DNA of 64,000 nt. It comes from Pavona decussata. Lineage: Eukaryota. Location of the stretch: positions 248,001-312,000 of the forward strand of contig CDRNST010000101.1 in assembly GCA_977016875.1 (NCBI GenBank), written 5' to 3'. Of the stretch, positions 13,806-26,140 are shown in pieces. Made by a program: the position numbers and the translations under genes. Positions within the stretch are counted from its first letter, which is position 1, and the number at the start of each line of letters is the position of its first letter. The notes beneath the pieces are model-generated. The model saw only the letters and a list, made by a program, of their open reading frames with translations. It did no database searches and was not told the origin of the DNA.

Positions 13806-15070
13806 ATATATCTGAGCTGATTTTCAAAAAGGTGGCTACAGAAATTGAGCACATTTTGAGAGTTTCTAAGCTGAAGGAATATGCTAGTCATTAACAATAC
13901 TCCAGTTACGGTTCATCACAAGAAAGTAAGGCCAGGAAATACTATGCAAGAGAAAAGAGGGGCTTTTCTTTGGAATTAGACGTGACATTGACACCTGAGT
14001 GAAATGAGACATGACCTGTGATCCGACTAAACAAGTGTGACACTTTGTAATTATTAATGGCGCCAACACATCTTAAATCTCAACCAAAACCCGGTCTTTA
14101 AGGGCTCAAGACTAGCCTTCCACAAAAGAATCCGCTTTATTGGGGCAAGACAGCGTTTTAAATTGATTTTCCGTCTTAATTATAAATTCAGGACGTAATG
14201 AGAATCACGCCGAACGAACACCTGGAAATTATTTATGACATTGAGTCCGGAAATCCGACCAAAATTGCACTTCTCGACTAATCGATGACTAGCCTAACAA
14301 CGCTACAGTTATAACGGCGAAAAATAATAGAATAGCTTTTCAAACTCATGCTTCTTGAAGAGAAAATCCTTGCCCATTCTTGCTAGTGTTTTCCATATCA
14401 GCTTAAGTCCCGGATGTTGAAATCAACACCTGAAAAGGGAAGGGTTAGCGCCCTTTTCCACCACAAAAATATACTAAGTCTTTGGCTGGGTAAACAATTC
14501 GCGAAAATTTCATGTTGCCCGAAAAAAACTCATCTCTAAGAGCTACTTTTTAAGGCCAAAGACTGTCACCTCCTCAAGCAAAGCCCACAATATACAAGCC
14601 TTTTAAAATAGTCCAAGCCCGAGTAACTGAAAATTACCCGTTAAGCTTAAAAGAGGACTACTGGTAGCAAGCATATTAGACGAGGCAGGAACTGCACTCG
14701 TAAGACTTCTTCCCTCACTAGACTTAATGATGTCCTCAGGAAAACTTTGCTTCAGGACGCCAAACGAAAGGCTAGGTCTAATGACTTAGTTCTGATCTCA
14801 GAGCGCGCGCCGAATTCAAAGCCAAATCGTTGCACGGTTAGAAGACGTTTGAGAGAGAGTGGGGCTAGGTTAGCAAATCAGGGAGGGAGGGGGGGGGAGG
14901 TTAGGAGAAAAATATTTTGGTTTTATAAATATTTGCTAATGACCATTGTAATCTGTTAAGTTACTGATGTGCAATTCAATAGGAAACGTTAAAAAAATAT
15001 ATATCTTAAGAAAAGGTAACAAAAACGTCAATTTCTGTAGCCACCTTCTGGAAAATCAGCTCAGATATAT
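13806..15070. mobile_element. 1.26-kb non-autonomous element with ~43-bp TIRs, in a TA-rich tract
   Basis: ATATATCTGAGCTGATTTTCAAAAAGGTGGCTACAGAAATTGA at 13806 and its near-perfect reverse complement ending at 15070. No coding capacity recognised. Confidence 0.8.
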
Positions 15071-15559
15071 CCAGCTGGATTTTCAAAAACATACCTGCAC
15101 TTAACCTACGCAGAGACAGAAAGTTCAGCCTTACTGAGTCTCCCAACACTACCCTCCCCACCTCTCTGCTTTTCACACAAACTTGCAAGTCACTCACCTG
15201 CATTTAGGCCACACTCCAGGCTTTGTGTCAGCTTGATGCAATTGATTGTCAACAGCCTGTGGCCCTATGGGGGAGGTCAAAGGGCATTAGAAGTCACCCT
15301 GGTTTAGGACAAACAGCAACTTGGGCCAAGCCGAAGGCTACAATACCCTCCCCTCTCCACCCCGGAGCTTTTGACACACAACCGAGAGCAGTAACAACCC
15401 CCAGCAGTAAGCCCTCACCCTGGGCTAGCTCACAGACTGGTCCTTGACGGCAAGCCCCCTCAAGTTTAGAGAACCACACAGGCGTGGAGCTGGGGGATGC
15501 CCAGCTTTACGCTCGGATCTAGCAGGCACGTTCTTACATATTCGCACAGATATGTATAT

Positions 15560-16760
15560 ATATTTTAACAGCCTCATTGACCATTACACATATTACATAC
15601 AGCAAAATAAACAGACAGAAAGAAATGAAAAAAAATGTGCAAAGTGATTTAAAGTGATAAGGTCAAAAGGGCAGGCGCGAACTTGACAAGAGGACCCAAG
15701 CAAGGCACCTACCATGACACAAATAATCATTAAAACATGATCAACCAAAAGACGCTAAGAAACTAGGGATGGCAGTGGCAGGATCGTACAATTGACCAGG
15801 TACAGGGATATAATATATCAAAGTGATTCTGCAAAAGGTGAAACATGTGCTCAGTAACAAAGTTGCGGAAGGAAGCAGTAGCTAAAAAACTGGTAGGGGG
15901 GAGAGTTAACAGATATAGTTCCAGAGCTTAACAATACGATTAAAGTAAGAGGCCTGAAAAGTGCTAGTTTTACATACAGGAGTTTTAAGGTTATAAGGAT
16001 TACTTAGTCTAGTTCGGCCGTGAGAAACAGGAAAAACAACATCATAAACATTAAGATCAGTAAAACCTTTTGGACATTTGTGAAAATAACAAGATCTTTG
16101 AGTTCGCGGTCAAATGTCAGAGGAAGAAGTTTCAAAGTTAAAAGTCTGTCTCTGTATGACATCACGCCTACATGTTGTTTGAGGATCCACCTTGTGGCCC
16201 TCCTTTGAACCCTTTCAATTTGAGTTTTCTAATGCAATCTTGTCCAGGGACCAGACTTGGGTTGTGTAGGATAACTGAGACTTCACAAGTGCAAGATAAA
16301 GTGAGCGTCTAGCAGAGACATTATTTAAGGGTGGGCTCGTGCATTTTAAAAGTTCAAGTAACTTGTTGGCCTTAGCAGTAATGCCATGGATATGTGTGTT
16401 CCAGGTGAGGGAGTTGGTGATGTTAACTCCGGCGTCTTTCTCCGTGGACACATGCTCGAGCTCTACATTATCAAGCTTGTAAATGAAGTCTAGCGGGCTC
16501 TTTTTTCGAGTGACAGTTAGCGCCATGCATTTCAAAACATTGAACTGGATATTGTTGTGCCAAGTCCACGTGTGCATATTGGTCAGGGTTCTCTGCATGG
16601 ACATGCAATCATCGATGGTAGTGATGATGCGATATACTTTGGTATCGTCAGCATAAAGGGCTACATCTGGGAGGTCGTTAATAAATATTATGAACAGCAG
16701 TGGCTTCAAAAGACTGCCTTGGAGGACCCCAGAAGTGACAGGGGGCCCATTGCAAACCCA
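15560..16760 (-). mobile_element. 5'-truncated L2/CR1-type LINE (RT C-terminal half and 3' UTR)
   Basis: VTSGVLQGS..PLLFIIFINDLP..LYADDTK...EKDAGV...LTWNTHI...LYLALVKSQLSY. TA/ATGT-type tail near 15555. Confidence 0.9.
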
Positions 16761-19700
16761 TTATCGTGTAACCTTTGCTCTGCCCGAGATACTGACGCTA
16801 CACATTCCAATTGTCTAGAAACGCTTCAGTCAATTAAGTTTTCTGTTGTTGAGGACACCCTTTGAATGCCAGCTTTAGCCACTTTTCTTCTTGGCGGACT
16901 TCCCGTGCCACTGTTCGTAATATGTCGTACCTGCTCAAAATTCTGACACTATCGAACATGAAACAGCCATATGATGGATACTCGACAACTAAATGCCGGC
17001 TGTTTCCTTCTTCCTTTCTTTTAGTCTTAAGGAGAGCATCCATGGATTCAGTTATCACAGATAGGGTAGGAACTCGGTCTACTGTTAACAGATCCTGTGT
17101 AATCACATCCACTTGATCACTCTCCAAAGAAAACTGGGTTCTTTGGTCAACAATGGGGAATCTAGCATCGGCCAATAATTTGCGTGGTGTTGCAAATTTA
17201 ACATCTCTGCGGCAAAGGTCCCTAATTAGAGAGGTCTTAACATCTTGCTCATTAAGGGTGCCAGCAACATCAAAGTCACCGTCATTGCTGGACAAAGTGA
17301 CAACTCCTTCCGTTTGTTTTGTGTCGATACCAGCCTTGGTTGTTTGCTGCAGAAGCTCTATCTAGGTTAATGAAGGAAGACTCGATCGAAAAGGTTTTCC
17401 CTTTCCCACTGACTTGGAACCTTTTTCTGAAAAACGGCGAGATACCAGTGTTTTCTTTTTTTGGTTTGACTGCGCCTTTTCTCCAGTCCTTCGTGTTTCC
17501 TTTCCTCTTTCATCTTTTTTACCCTGAGAACCTTGGTGTTCTTGTCTCGCTTTCTTTGGTGATTTGGTTGCTTTTCTTCTTTTAGGTTCTGAAAAGGCGA
17601 AATCTTTGTCATCTGTTTTGTGTTTTCTCTCTCCTCCAAAGCGAGATGTTGTTTGAAAGGACACTGTTCAGTTAAACAACGAAGCAGGCAGCCACATATC
17701 GTCGTCTGGTCCATAGCCTTTAAATCGAACTTTAAATTCGTACGTCATGTCATTACGTAGTGGTCGTTCTAAGACCTCTTCAACTTCATAGTACCCTTCA
17801 TCGAGTTCATCTCCAAAGGACATGTGTGCCCTTTTTTGTGGACTAATAGCAGCTTTTTTCTTCCCAGTTGGAACATGTCCTAATTCCTGCAACCGCCTCT
17901 TGAATTCTTCATGTAAGACATAATGGCCGGGACAGTCTGGTACTGGAAGTAATTCAACAGGACCCAAAACTCCTGAAGGAGACCTCCAAAAGGTCAAAAT
18001 TATTTCTTCTCCTACTTGATATTGCTCGTTGATGTCACAGTCATAGCATGCACACCTTAATCTCACCGGCGGGTTTTCCTTTAGCTTGAAGCTCAAGACT
18101 TTGGTTCCATCCTTGGTTGATTAAATTCTCTCTACACGTGAGACCATGTAGGTTTTAACTCCTTCCGTGATTCTCTTTAGAGCAACGTAGTCAAAAACAA
18201 ATATGTCATGATTGGGGTTAAGAAGTTCTTTTCCAGGTAACTACTTGGACGCCCAATGTCTTTTCTGGCGGCATCTTGTAATATAATCCCTCGGTAACAA
18301 ATGTCGCATTGCCTGTCTTATGTGAATATAGTTGAGCCTCCACCTCCACCTCCTCCACCTTCGAGATCATCCACTTTTCCCTTTTCGGTAGTGCTGCTTG
18401 CTCTTCATCTTGGTTAGAATCTTCAAGGCCAAGGTGGTTGTTGCTAATCTCTTCATTGTCAGGAAGGCATTCACACTCCTTTTCGTCGTCTTCCTCTCTC
18501 AAGTCCTTTTCAGTGATATCTACAAGAGATCCGGATGTGACATCTACATGAAGTTTGTTGTAATTTGGTGGGAGTTGCCCATCAACAATTTACAAGCCAG
18601 AGGGCTGTTCAAATTTGTTTGGGACGTTCCAACAGCCGTTTTCTTGAAGAAAAGTTAAACAAGAGTGAGGCATGTATTTTTCAAACAGTCCTTGCCCATC
18701 CTGTACCCCTTTACGGTGAGCCTCTCTCTGCTGTTCTCTGAAAGAGGTATATGTCATGCATTTCTTAGGTTGTGCACCTTCGAATAATATTTCTCTGGAC
18801 AGGTAAGCAAATGCCCGTTGCTTCCTCTTTGGAGACGACTTGACATCAACACCAGCAGCTGCAATTCTTCTTTTTGCACTCAAATTAAACTGACCTTTTT
18901 TACTTTTATCTAGCATGTCTCCAAACGTCGGCTGTGAGTCAAGGGACTGTAATTCGGTGGTTTTACCTTGCAACTCAATGATTACTCTTTCAGTAATTTT
19001 CGTTTCCCAGTTATGGGGTGACGCCCAGGCCGCAGCTTAATCTGGAAAGTGGAGGAACATGGCGAGTTGGTGCAAAGTCACAGCGGCAAACAAGACTTCG
19101 GCTGTCAAATAGCATCTGCATGTGTTGAAAGGTCCCCTATTTGCTGGTGTCTTCTTTGGCTCCAGGCCACGAGTGGAGTGAAGCTCAAGGACTTTTCTTC
19201 AGAAATGTAAGATGGTAATACCACATGATACAGACTTTTGCACTTCGAAAGGTGAGCCAAAATCAGGCTTTCTGTGAAGGGTTCAATCAAGTAAAAGACA
19301 GCATGGACATAAAGGCTTGTACCCTGAGAACCAGGAATATAGGCGTGAAGGAGGTCAGCAATTCGTTTGGTGAATAACTTTTCACATGCTTCTGAATTCT
19401 GGTCGCAAAAATAGAAAAGAATAAGATCTGTTGCTTTGAGGCAAGAATCTAGTCCTTGTTCTTGGCATCTTTCAAATGCTGAATGGACACTATCCTGGTA
19501 GTCAGACTTTCTTGTTTCCAAAAGGCAAGTTCCCTCGTTCCATACTTGGCATTCTTTAAGAAAAGCCTTTGTTCATGATCATAATCAAGGTAACAAATCG
19601 CTTGGAGAAACCAGTAATATGGAGCTAGAAATTTTTCATCTTCTACACCAAGACCAAGACGATGAATGCCATTCTCAATATCTTCTGTGCGAGGTGTCAT

Positions 19701-21500
19701 CATATGTACAGAAGCCGATAGTGAGAAACCAGCTGAGTCGGTCAAATAACCCAATGGATGAATCGGATTCTCTCCAACCACCCCATTCTCATCGTAATAA
19801 CAGTCTCCACAATTGTTGCCAGTAATCAAGAAGATGCTTTCCCGAGTATCCCCTGTCAATTGTTGGCCACAGGCAATAAATGATGGAAGACTTTTCCATG
19901 GATGTGATGCAGTTTAGATTATGTATCGACACCGACTTTGCGAGGGAATCTTTTTCAACAACTTTGTCAATGTAACGTTTAAGTGCTGTGAAGTCATCTT
20001 TATCGCCTTTCTCTTCATCTTTTCTAGGAAGCATGACTTCCTCTGAATGCCAATTTGCCAATTCTTTAAAATGTTTTTCTGTAGATCTTGGACAATTTTC
20101 TGCTTTCTCGAATGCGTCTTCAAACTCGCCTTTTTGAGCATACCGTTTGTTAAATCCACAAAGGCCTAGACGATTCTTGGTACCTTGGAGACTTCCTTTT
20201 TGTCGATGTCAAGGTGTATTCTTCAATTCTCTGTCTTGTTTAGCACTATTAGAACAGGTAAATGGGTGCACACCGTGTGATTTGACTTCCTGTAAACAAG
20301 GCAGATCTAGGCTTTTAATACCACTGATCAACGTCATTTCAATCCCATGAACTTCAATGTTTTTGTTCAGTGGGATGTACACTGACTTGGGTTTTTTGCT
20401 GGCTTCTTCAACAAGCAGTTTATGGTCTGCAGGATGTCGCATCTTCCATCCCTCATACCCACAGCACTGTTTATGATGGGTAGAGAATTTATAGCATCTG
20501 ATGATGTTTCATGTAGCCTTTTCCTGAAGAGCGACTTAGAAGTGGTTCGCCTTATTTGGTTGTCCTTTTCAAAATGTGTTACGACCTCTGGATCCCAGTA
20601 GTAAAGGCATCAGACTTTGTGGGAGCAGTTCTCTTCTTTTGTGGGACCAGAGGTTGAAGTCAGTTGAAAGGCATCTTTGGTGCGAAGAAATTGGTTATAG
20701 TTGACTTCTGATTCGCCAGCTTACTATTATTGACCTTTTTCACTTTTCCTATGGCATCAGATTTGAAAAAAACGATGGCTTTTCGATGAGCTTTGGAAAT
20801 GAAGTGTTCACAGGCCTGCACCACGCCACTTTTTCAACCAATGAGAAGCGAAACCAATACTCTTTACGATTTCCACGCAAAGATTTGCTTTGGTTTTCTT
20901 ACGACACAATTGAAAACCGCTTTATTTTCCGTAAATGATTTTTGATTAGCAATCAAGAAAAAATATTCCAGCTTATAACTTCTTCCCATATGCTGCAGTT
21001 CAATTTTAAACTGAGTTGGACATATTATGGGTTATCAAATACCACATGAAATCAACCTTCCTCAAGCAGTCATCAGGCGTTGTTTTAGAAAGCAACCAAC
21101 AAAGTACTAAACAACCCTGTTTTCTAACATCTAAACAACTCTGTTTAGTAAAATATGAGATTGCAGTTTGTGCATGTTATTAATTTCTTGGCTGTTTGGC
21201 TTTTTCCATTTTTGTATGTCAAGTTTCTTGCAGGTACCTGTACACATCCCATCACTTCATTTTTTCTTCAAAGGATATTAGATAGGAACGAATGTATTTC
21301 AACAGGAGTGCCAATTTTGTTCAGATGATCGATTTACGAACAAACATTACTTTTAGCTTTTCTCACCCTACTTAGCTATCTTCATCCAGCCATGTTTAAA
21401 CCACTTGGTTGGCGACCTTCATCAAGAACCGGTTCCGCTCAGCTGTAAATCTCCTCGCTGCCTCCAACCTGCAAAGAGGCAACTTTCAACCCTCCCCTTC
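16761..21500 (-). pseudogene. Degenerate P-element/THAP9-like transposase gene with chromodomain, continuing into Ulp1 at 13314-13793
   Basis: GYLTDSAGFS, YLDYDHEQRLFLKN (DxxH), EKLFTKRIADLL..GTSLYV, ITILHF*RK..CYLTAE and SPHN.ETKITERVI (E). Chromodomain YYEVEEVLE...YEFKVRFKGYGPDDDMWLP at 17668-17800. Upstream boundary approximate. Confidence 0.6.
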
Positions 21501-21509
21501 TTGTTAGAT

Positions 21510-22368
21510 AAACACATATTTCACACACATCCAAGCATGTGCAGAGTTTTGCAAGATCTTAAAGACGTTACAAACACAGCCTCTCAATTGCAGAGTTTTG
21601 TCAGATTCTTACACGTGAACACATCCACAGAGGGCAAGAAGTGTGGAGTTTTGCATACATACATACATACATACATACATATCCTTTATTTACACACGAT
21701 GGGGTTTAAAGCTCAGAGCTTTTAGGGTCGTGTGAAAGTAACTGATTACGGTATAAAACAAGACCAACCAAGTGCAAGATCTTAAGAGGTTACAAACACA
21801 TCCACACAAGTGCAGAGTTTTGCAGATCTTAAAGATGTCACAACACATCCACACAAGTGTAGAGTTTTGCAAGATCTCAAGACGTCACAAACACATCTAG
21901 ACAAATGTACAGTTTTGCAAGATCTTAAAGATGTCAAAAACACATCCACACAAGTGCGGAGTTTTGCAAGATCTTAAAGACGTCACAAACACATCCGCAG
22001 AAATGCAGAGTTAAGCAAGATCTTAAAGACATCACAAACACATCCACATAAGGCAAGAAGTGTAGAGTTTTGCAAGATCTTAAGACGTCACAAACACATC
22101 CACACAAGTGCGGAGTTTTGCAAGATCTTGAAGACGTCATAAACACATCCACAGAAGGAAAGAAGTGAAGAGTTTTGCAAGATCTTAAGACGTCACAAAC
22201 ACATCCACACAAGTGCAGGGTTTGCAAGATCTTACAGACGTCACAAACACATCCACAGAAGACGAGAAGTGTAGAGTTTTGCAAGATCTTAAGACGTCAC
22301 AACACATCCACAGAGGGCAAGAAGTCCAGAGTTTTACAAGATCTTAAGATGTCACAAACACATCCACG
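21510..22368. repeat. Minisatellite, about 14 units of ~48-57 bp
   Basis: Core GAGTTTTGCAAGATCTTAAGACGTCACAAACACATCCAC followed by a short (ACAAGTGCA) or long (AGAGGGCAAGAAGTGTA) linker. Confidence 0.95.
21655..21770 (-). mobile_element. Short retroposon 3' end with (ATGT)n tail inserted in the minisatellite
   Basis: (TACA)n followed by TTTATT (AATAAA on minus). It interrupts a unit between TTTTGCA and AGATCTT, and TGCA appears on both sides. Confidence 0.55.
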
Positions 22369-24296
22369 CAATGTTAATAGTGTAAATGTATGGCATATCT
22401 CACTTGGCAAATGATCCTTTAAAGCTGGCTTGGACTTGAAACCTTCTGCTCTGCTCTGCAAGAAGACCACAAGCGATGACCACAGAAATAAAATCTTCTT
22501 GGTGCAGAGTTGTTTCAAAGGGTTTTTTAAATTAATTTCTGAAAAAATTATGGCAAAATTTAAAACCATATTGTTGTATAAAAAAAATACAAGAATCAGG
22601 GTTTTCTTGAATGCACATACATGATGCCTAAAGTATAAGGAAAAATGACAATTCGTTGTCTGGTCTTTACCCCAAGAAATCAGAAGTTTTGGTCCCCCCC
22701 CCCCCCTTATACAGCATATTTTTTGGCTTCACTCCCCTTTTAAAACTATTTTTATTTTGCATGGACCCCGCTGAAAAACACAGAGCCCCCCCCCCCCCCC
22801 CCCTCACCTGGGTTATGTTCCAAATTCGCGACACATATTACTCGTGAAATACAATTAACAAATTTTTGGTGAATGATACAGTTTGGGGATCAGTAATACT
22901 CCTATTAATAAGGTTATAGCGAACATTATTTTCCTGAATCACAAGACTTTGAACAAAGGACACTAGAGCATGGCTGCCGCGGCAGTCGCATGTAGAAACA
23001 AAGCAAATCAGCGATCAGTATTGTTAACTTAGCTTCAGGTTTGGTGGTATGACGTTTTTACCTTAGAGCATAAAAATTCAATATTAAAGTGTGAATACCG
23101 GTTCTATAACATTTTAACAAATTATTGTTCCTCCTCAAGCTGCCACAATGGTTGTGTTTTAAGGCAATTTATTAGCTGAACATTTTTTCTCGCTGTTTGT
23201 TTACAGACCGACATTTACTAATTACACTAATTTAATTGACTGGCATGTGTTTTCATTCGGCAACTTAACCCAGAATTGAAGTTGCTACATTAAATGTTGA
23301 CATTTACAACAGCATGTCTTTCATGTTGATCCTCGATATATTGATGAAAAGAACAAGGGGGAGTTTCTTTCAAATGATGCGCTCAATGTCTCAACAGATG
23401 AGAAGGATGTTAATCCAACGTAGAACAACATTCATTGCCATAAGCACTAGAAGGCGTAGGCATATCCAGGACCACAGTTTTTATTTTGAGATATTGTTGA
23501 AGTCATCTGCCATTTTCTGTTTTGCAAGGTGAACCATGAAGCAAATGGAAACTCGAAGCTAGGGTCTAGTAAATGATATTGATAAATTACTTGACTGGCA
23601 ACTGCAACGAGATGTGATGTGATTGCCTGCAGTATTTATCAGGACAAGTGACACCGTCTCGCAAAGTAGTAAAACTTCGTGTGATTTCCGGTTTTAAAGA
23701 TGAAGTACTCCCTTGTTTTTTCTCTTGAAAACAGCCAAACTAAGAACTAAATGTTTCCACGGTATACATGTATCCGGACTTTTCCGGCTATGTCAAACTA
23801 AAATTGTCCTAGTGAAAACACAACCACTATGGATCAAATTTAAAGCACTGTGACTGTTACTAAAACAATATATCGGCATAAAAGTTTCATGCAAGGTTTT
23901 TTCACTGGTGCGTAGAAAATAGCAAAAGAGGGGTTTTGTGGTACCCTTAGTATTTGGATGACATCACATGAAACGATCAGTATCTTTCACTGAAGCGCCT
24001 GTCAAGCAGCCTAAGAAAAAGCGTGCATGGTCATGGTCTATTAAATCCTGTTTCGTTTTCATTGCTGTTCTTTTCCGGCAGCTCACACAGCAGGGAATGA
24101 CAGGGGGCTATGAGAGGAAAACTGCTTTTTAGGCGCTCAGAAGATTTCTTTCCCCACTCCCTTCATATTATTACCATAGACATGACAAAAGTGCTGTTTG
24201 GGGAGTAAAACAATTTATTTTTTCGGAACTTTCATCCAAAAACAAACTAAAATACTGTCCTCTGGGATATCGACACATTTTTCCTGAGTTCAGTGT

Positions 24297-24825
24297 CTAT
24301 TTTTGGACCACTTTCAAGTCGTACAATTTAAATGCGTCTTGGATTAGCTGAAACTTCGTGGAAGTTACACAGATGGAGATGGCCACTTTGTGTGACCTGG
24401 CAGGTCTCCCAGAGTCTCTGTGACTCCATCTCGCATCTTCAAGGACCAAGCTTAAGAGAAACGAAAAAATAAAAAATATAAAATTGAATTTTACACTACA
24501 AGTGATATCGCATTAAAAAAACAATCAAACTCACATGGCCAAATGATACTAACCTAGTCGGCTCCTTGACAATATTTGTGTCCAAGTACTGGGCAAGTAG
24601 TCGAGCTATGTCTCTGTTCAAGACAGCTCTTATGCGTGTCTGGTCTTTGACCTCAATACATGAAGCATCTCGTGGGTTTTGGGGGTTGCGACATAATCTG
24701 TAACTGTTTCCGGAGATAAGGTCCATGACAGGCTTATAAAAACACATGCCAACAGCTCGTACACATTCTCCTGGTAAGGCGTCAGCTCTCTTGGTGATTT
24801 TCACTTGTAAACCTTGCTCAGTCAT
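24297..24825 (-). CDS. Small two-exon HIRAN-domain protein (141 aa), join(24825..24554, 24450..24297)
   Basis: VRAVGMCFY...YRLCRNPQNPRDASCIEV...RAVLNRDIARLLAQYLD resembles HIRAN. A GTTAGT donor and TTCTCTTAAG acceptor define a 103-nt intron. The spliced frame is open to TAG. Confidence 0.6.
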
Positions 24826-25726
24826 ATTCGTGTCTTACGTCGCATGAGAGCAATAGACTGTAACTTGTCGTAGAATTGGCAGCACGTGAACGTCAAAAAG
24901 GCTGTAACTTTTTGTGGGATAATTGGCAGTACGTGAATGTCATTGACCAGGCCAATCAAATTTTCTTGCAATGCTTTGGGGTCCTTTGAGTTATGCAAGG
25001 CGTGCGATATCTGGCCTATGTTGTACTACGCCCTGCTTTTTATTGCTCATAGCTGTAAGCAGTAACGTTTCGGTTGAAGGCTTTAAACAAATTAAAACAA
25101 CTATATCTTAGCTAGATAAAACGTTCATTTATATTCTCTATAGAGTTATAGTTGCGGGAAAGGAATGCAAAATAAAGAAATAAAAAAGTTTGCTGTTGAA
25201 TATCACCGCCCCCTTTGCGTTTCCTTTCTCAAACCACAATTTGGTATCGCTCAATAAATGTTTTCTTTCCAAGTGCGCTTCTCTTGAATGTTGAAAACAT
25301 TCTTTTCCAGTTTTATGTGAGGGAAAGAACATAACTTCCAAGCTTAACAAAAGCAATGAATTGAGAGTACTGCTAACCGGAAACAAGGATTAATCGTGGA
25401 CGTGTTTTCTGTGTTTTCATGTGCCGGTTGTCTCACTTAACATTCCTGAAGGTGAATTGCGAAAGCTGACATTTGAGGCGTGTTTTTGGTTAATAGCGGT
25501 GGGTGGTAACGTTTCAGTTGAAGGCTTCAAACAAATTAACCACAAAAACGTATTTTTTAAAACAAGTCAATGAACTGCAAACTGTGACAAGCCAATTAAA
25601 ATGTGTCAACCCTTAGAGTTGAGCAGTAACAATTTTCGCAGCAACCATCTCATACATGGACTCATATTTTGCTTCTTTTGTTTATCCCTTGCGTCTTGCA
25701 ATTTCTCACACAGAAATCTTTGCTGT

Positions 25727-26140
25727 TGTTGAATGTTTTCGTCTCCTACCATGCCAGACTAAGCAATTTTGCACGGTCTTTGTGTCCCTAAATTTGAACA
25801 TAAGCACGTATAAGATAAACATTGCACATTCATTTCCATTACCGTAGCCTGCAAGGGGGTTAAAAGCTGCACTTCATTGGTTAGCGGCATGGCTATGTTG
25901 ACAACCGCTTTAATGAGTTGTGAAAACTGTGAACTGTTGAATGTTTTTGTCTCCTACGTGCCAGATTAAGCAATTTTGCACGGTCTTTGTGTCCCTAAAT
26001 TTGAACGTAAGGAGGTATAAGATAAACGTTGCACATTCATTTGCATTACTGTAGCCCGCAAGGGAGTTCAAAGCTGCGTTTCATTGGTTAGCGGCATGGC
26101 CATTTTGACAACCGCTTTAATGAGGTGCGAAAACTGTGAA
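25727..26140. repeat. Two-copy tandem duplication, ~209-bp unit
   Basis: TGTTGAATGTTTT..GTCTCCTAC..GCCAGA.TAAGCAATTTTGCACGGTCTTTGTGTCCCTAAATTTGAAC...GAAAACTGTGAA occurs twice head to tail. Confidence 0.9.

Noticed and set aside
21510-22368. CRISPR-like repeat/spacer appearance and Cys-rich ORFs (21934..22284 etc.)
   Set aside because: The linkers are two recurring variants rather than unique spacers, there are no cas genes and the context is eukaryotic. The ORFs are translations of the repeat.
22808-23532. Possible Harbinger MITE (CTGGGTTA...TAACCCAG) and plus-strand ORF 23314..23532
   Set aside because: The inverted match is short and degenerate and the ORF has no diagnostic motif.
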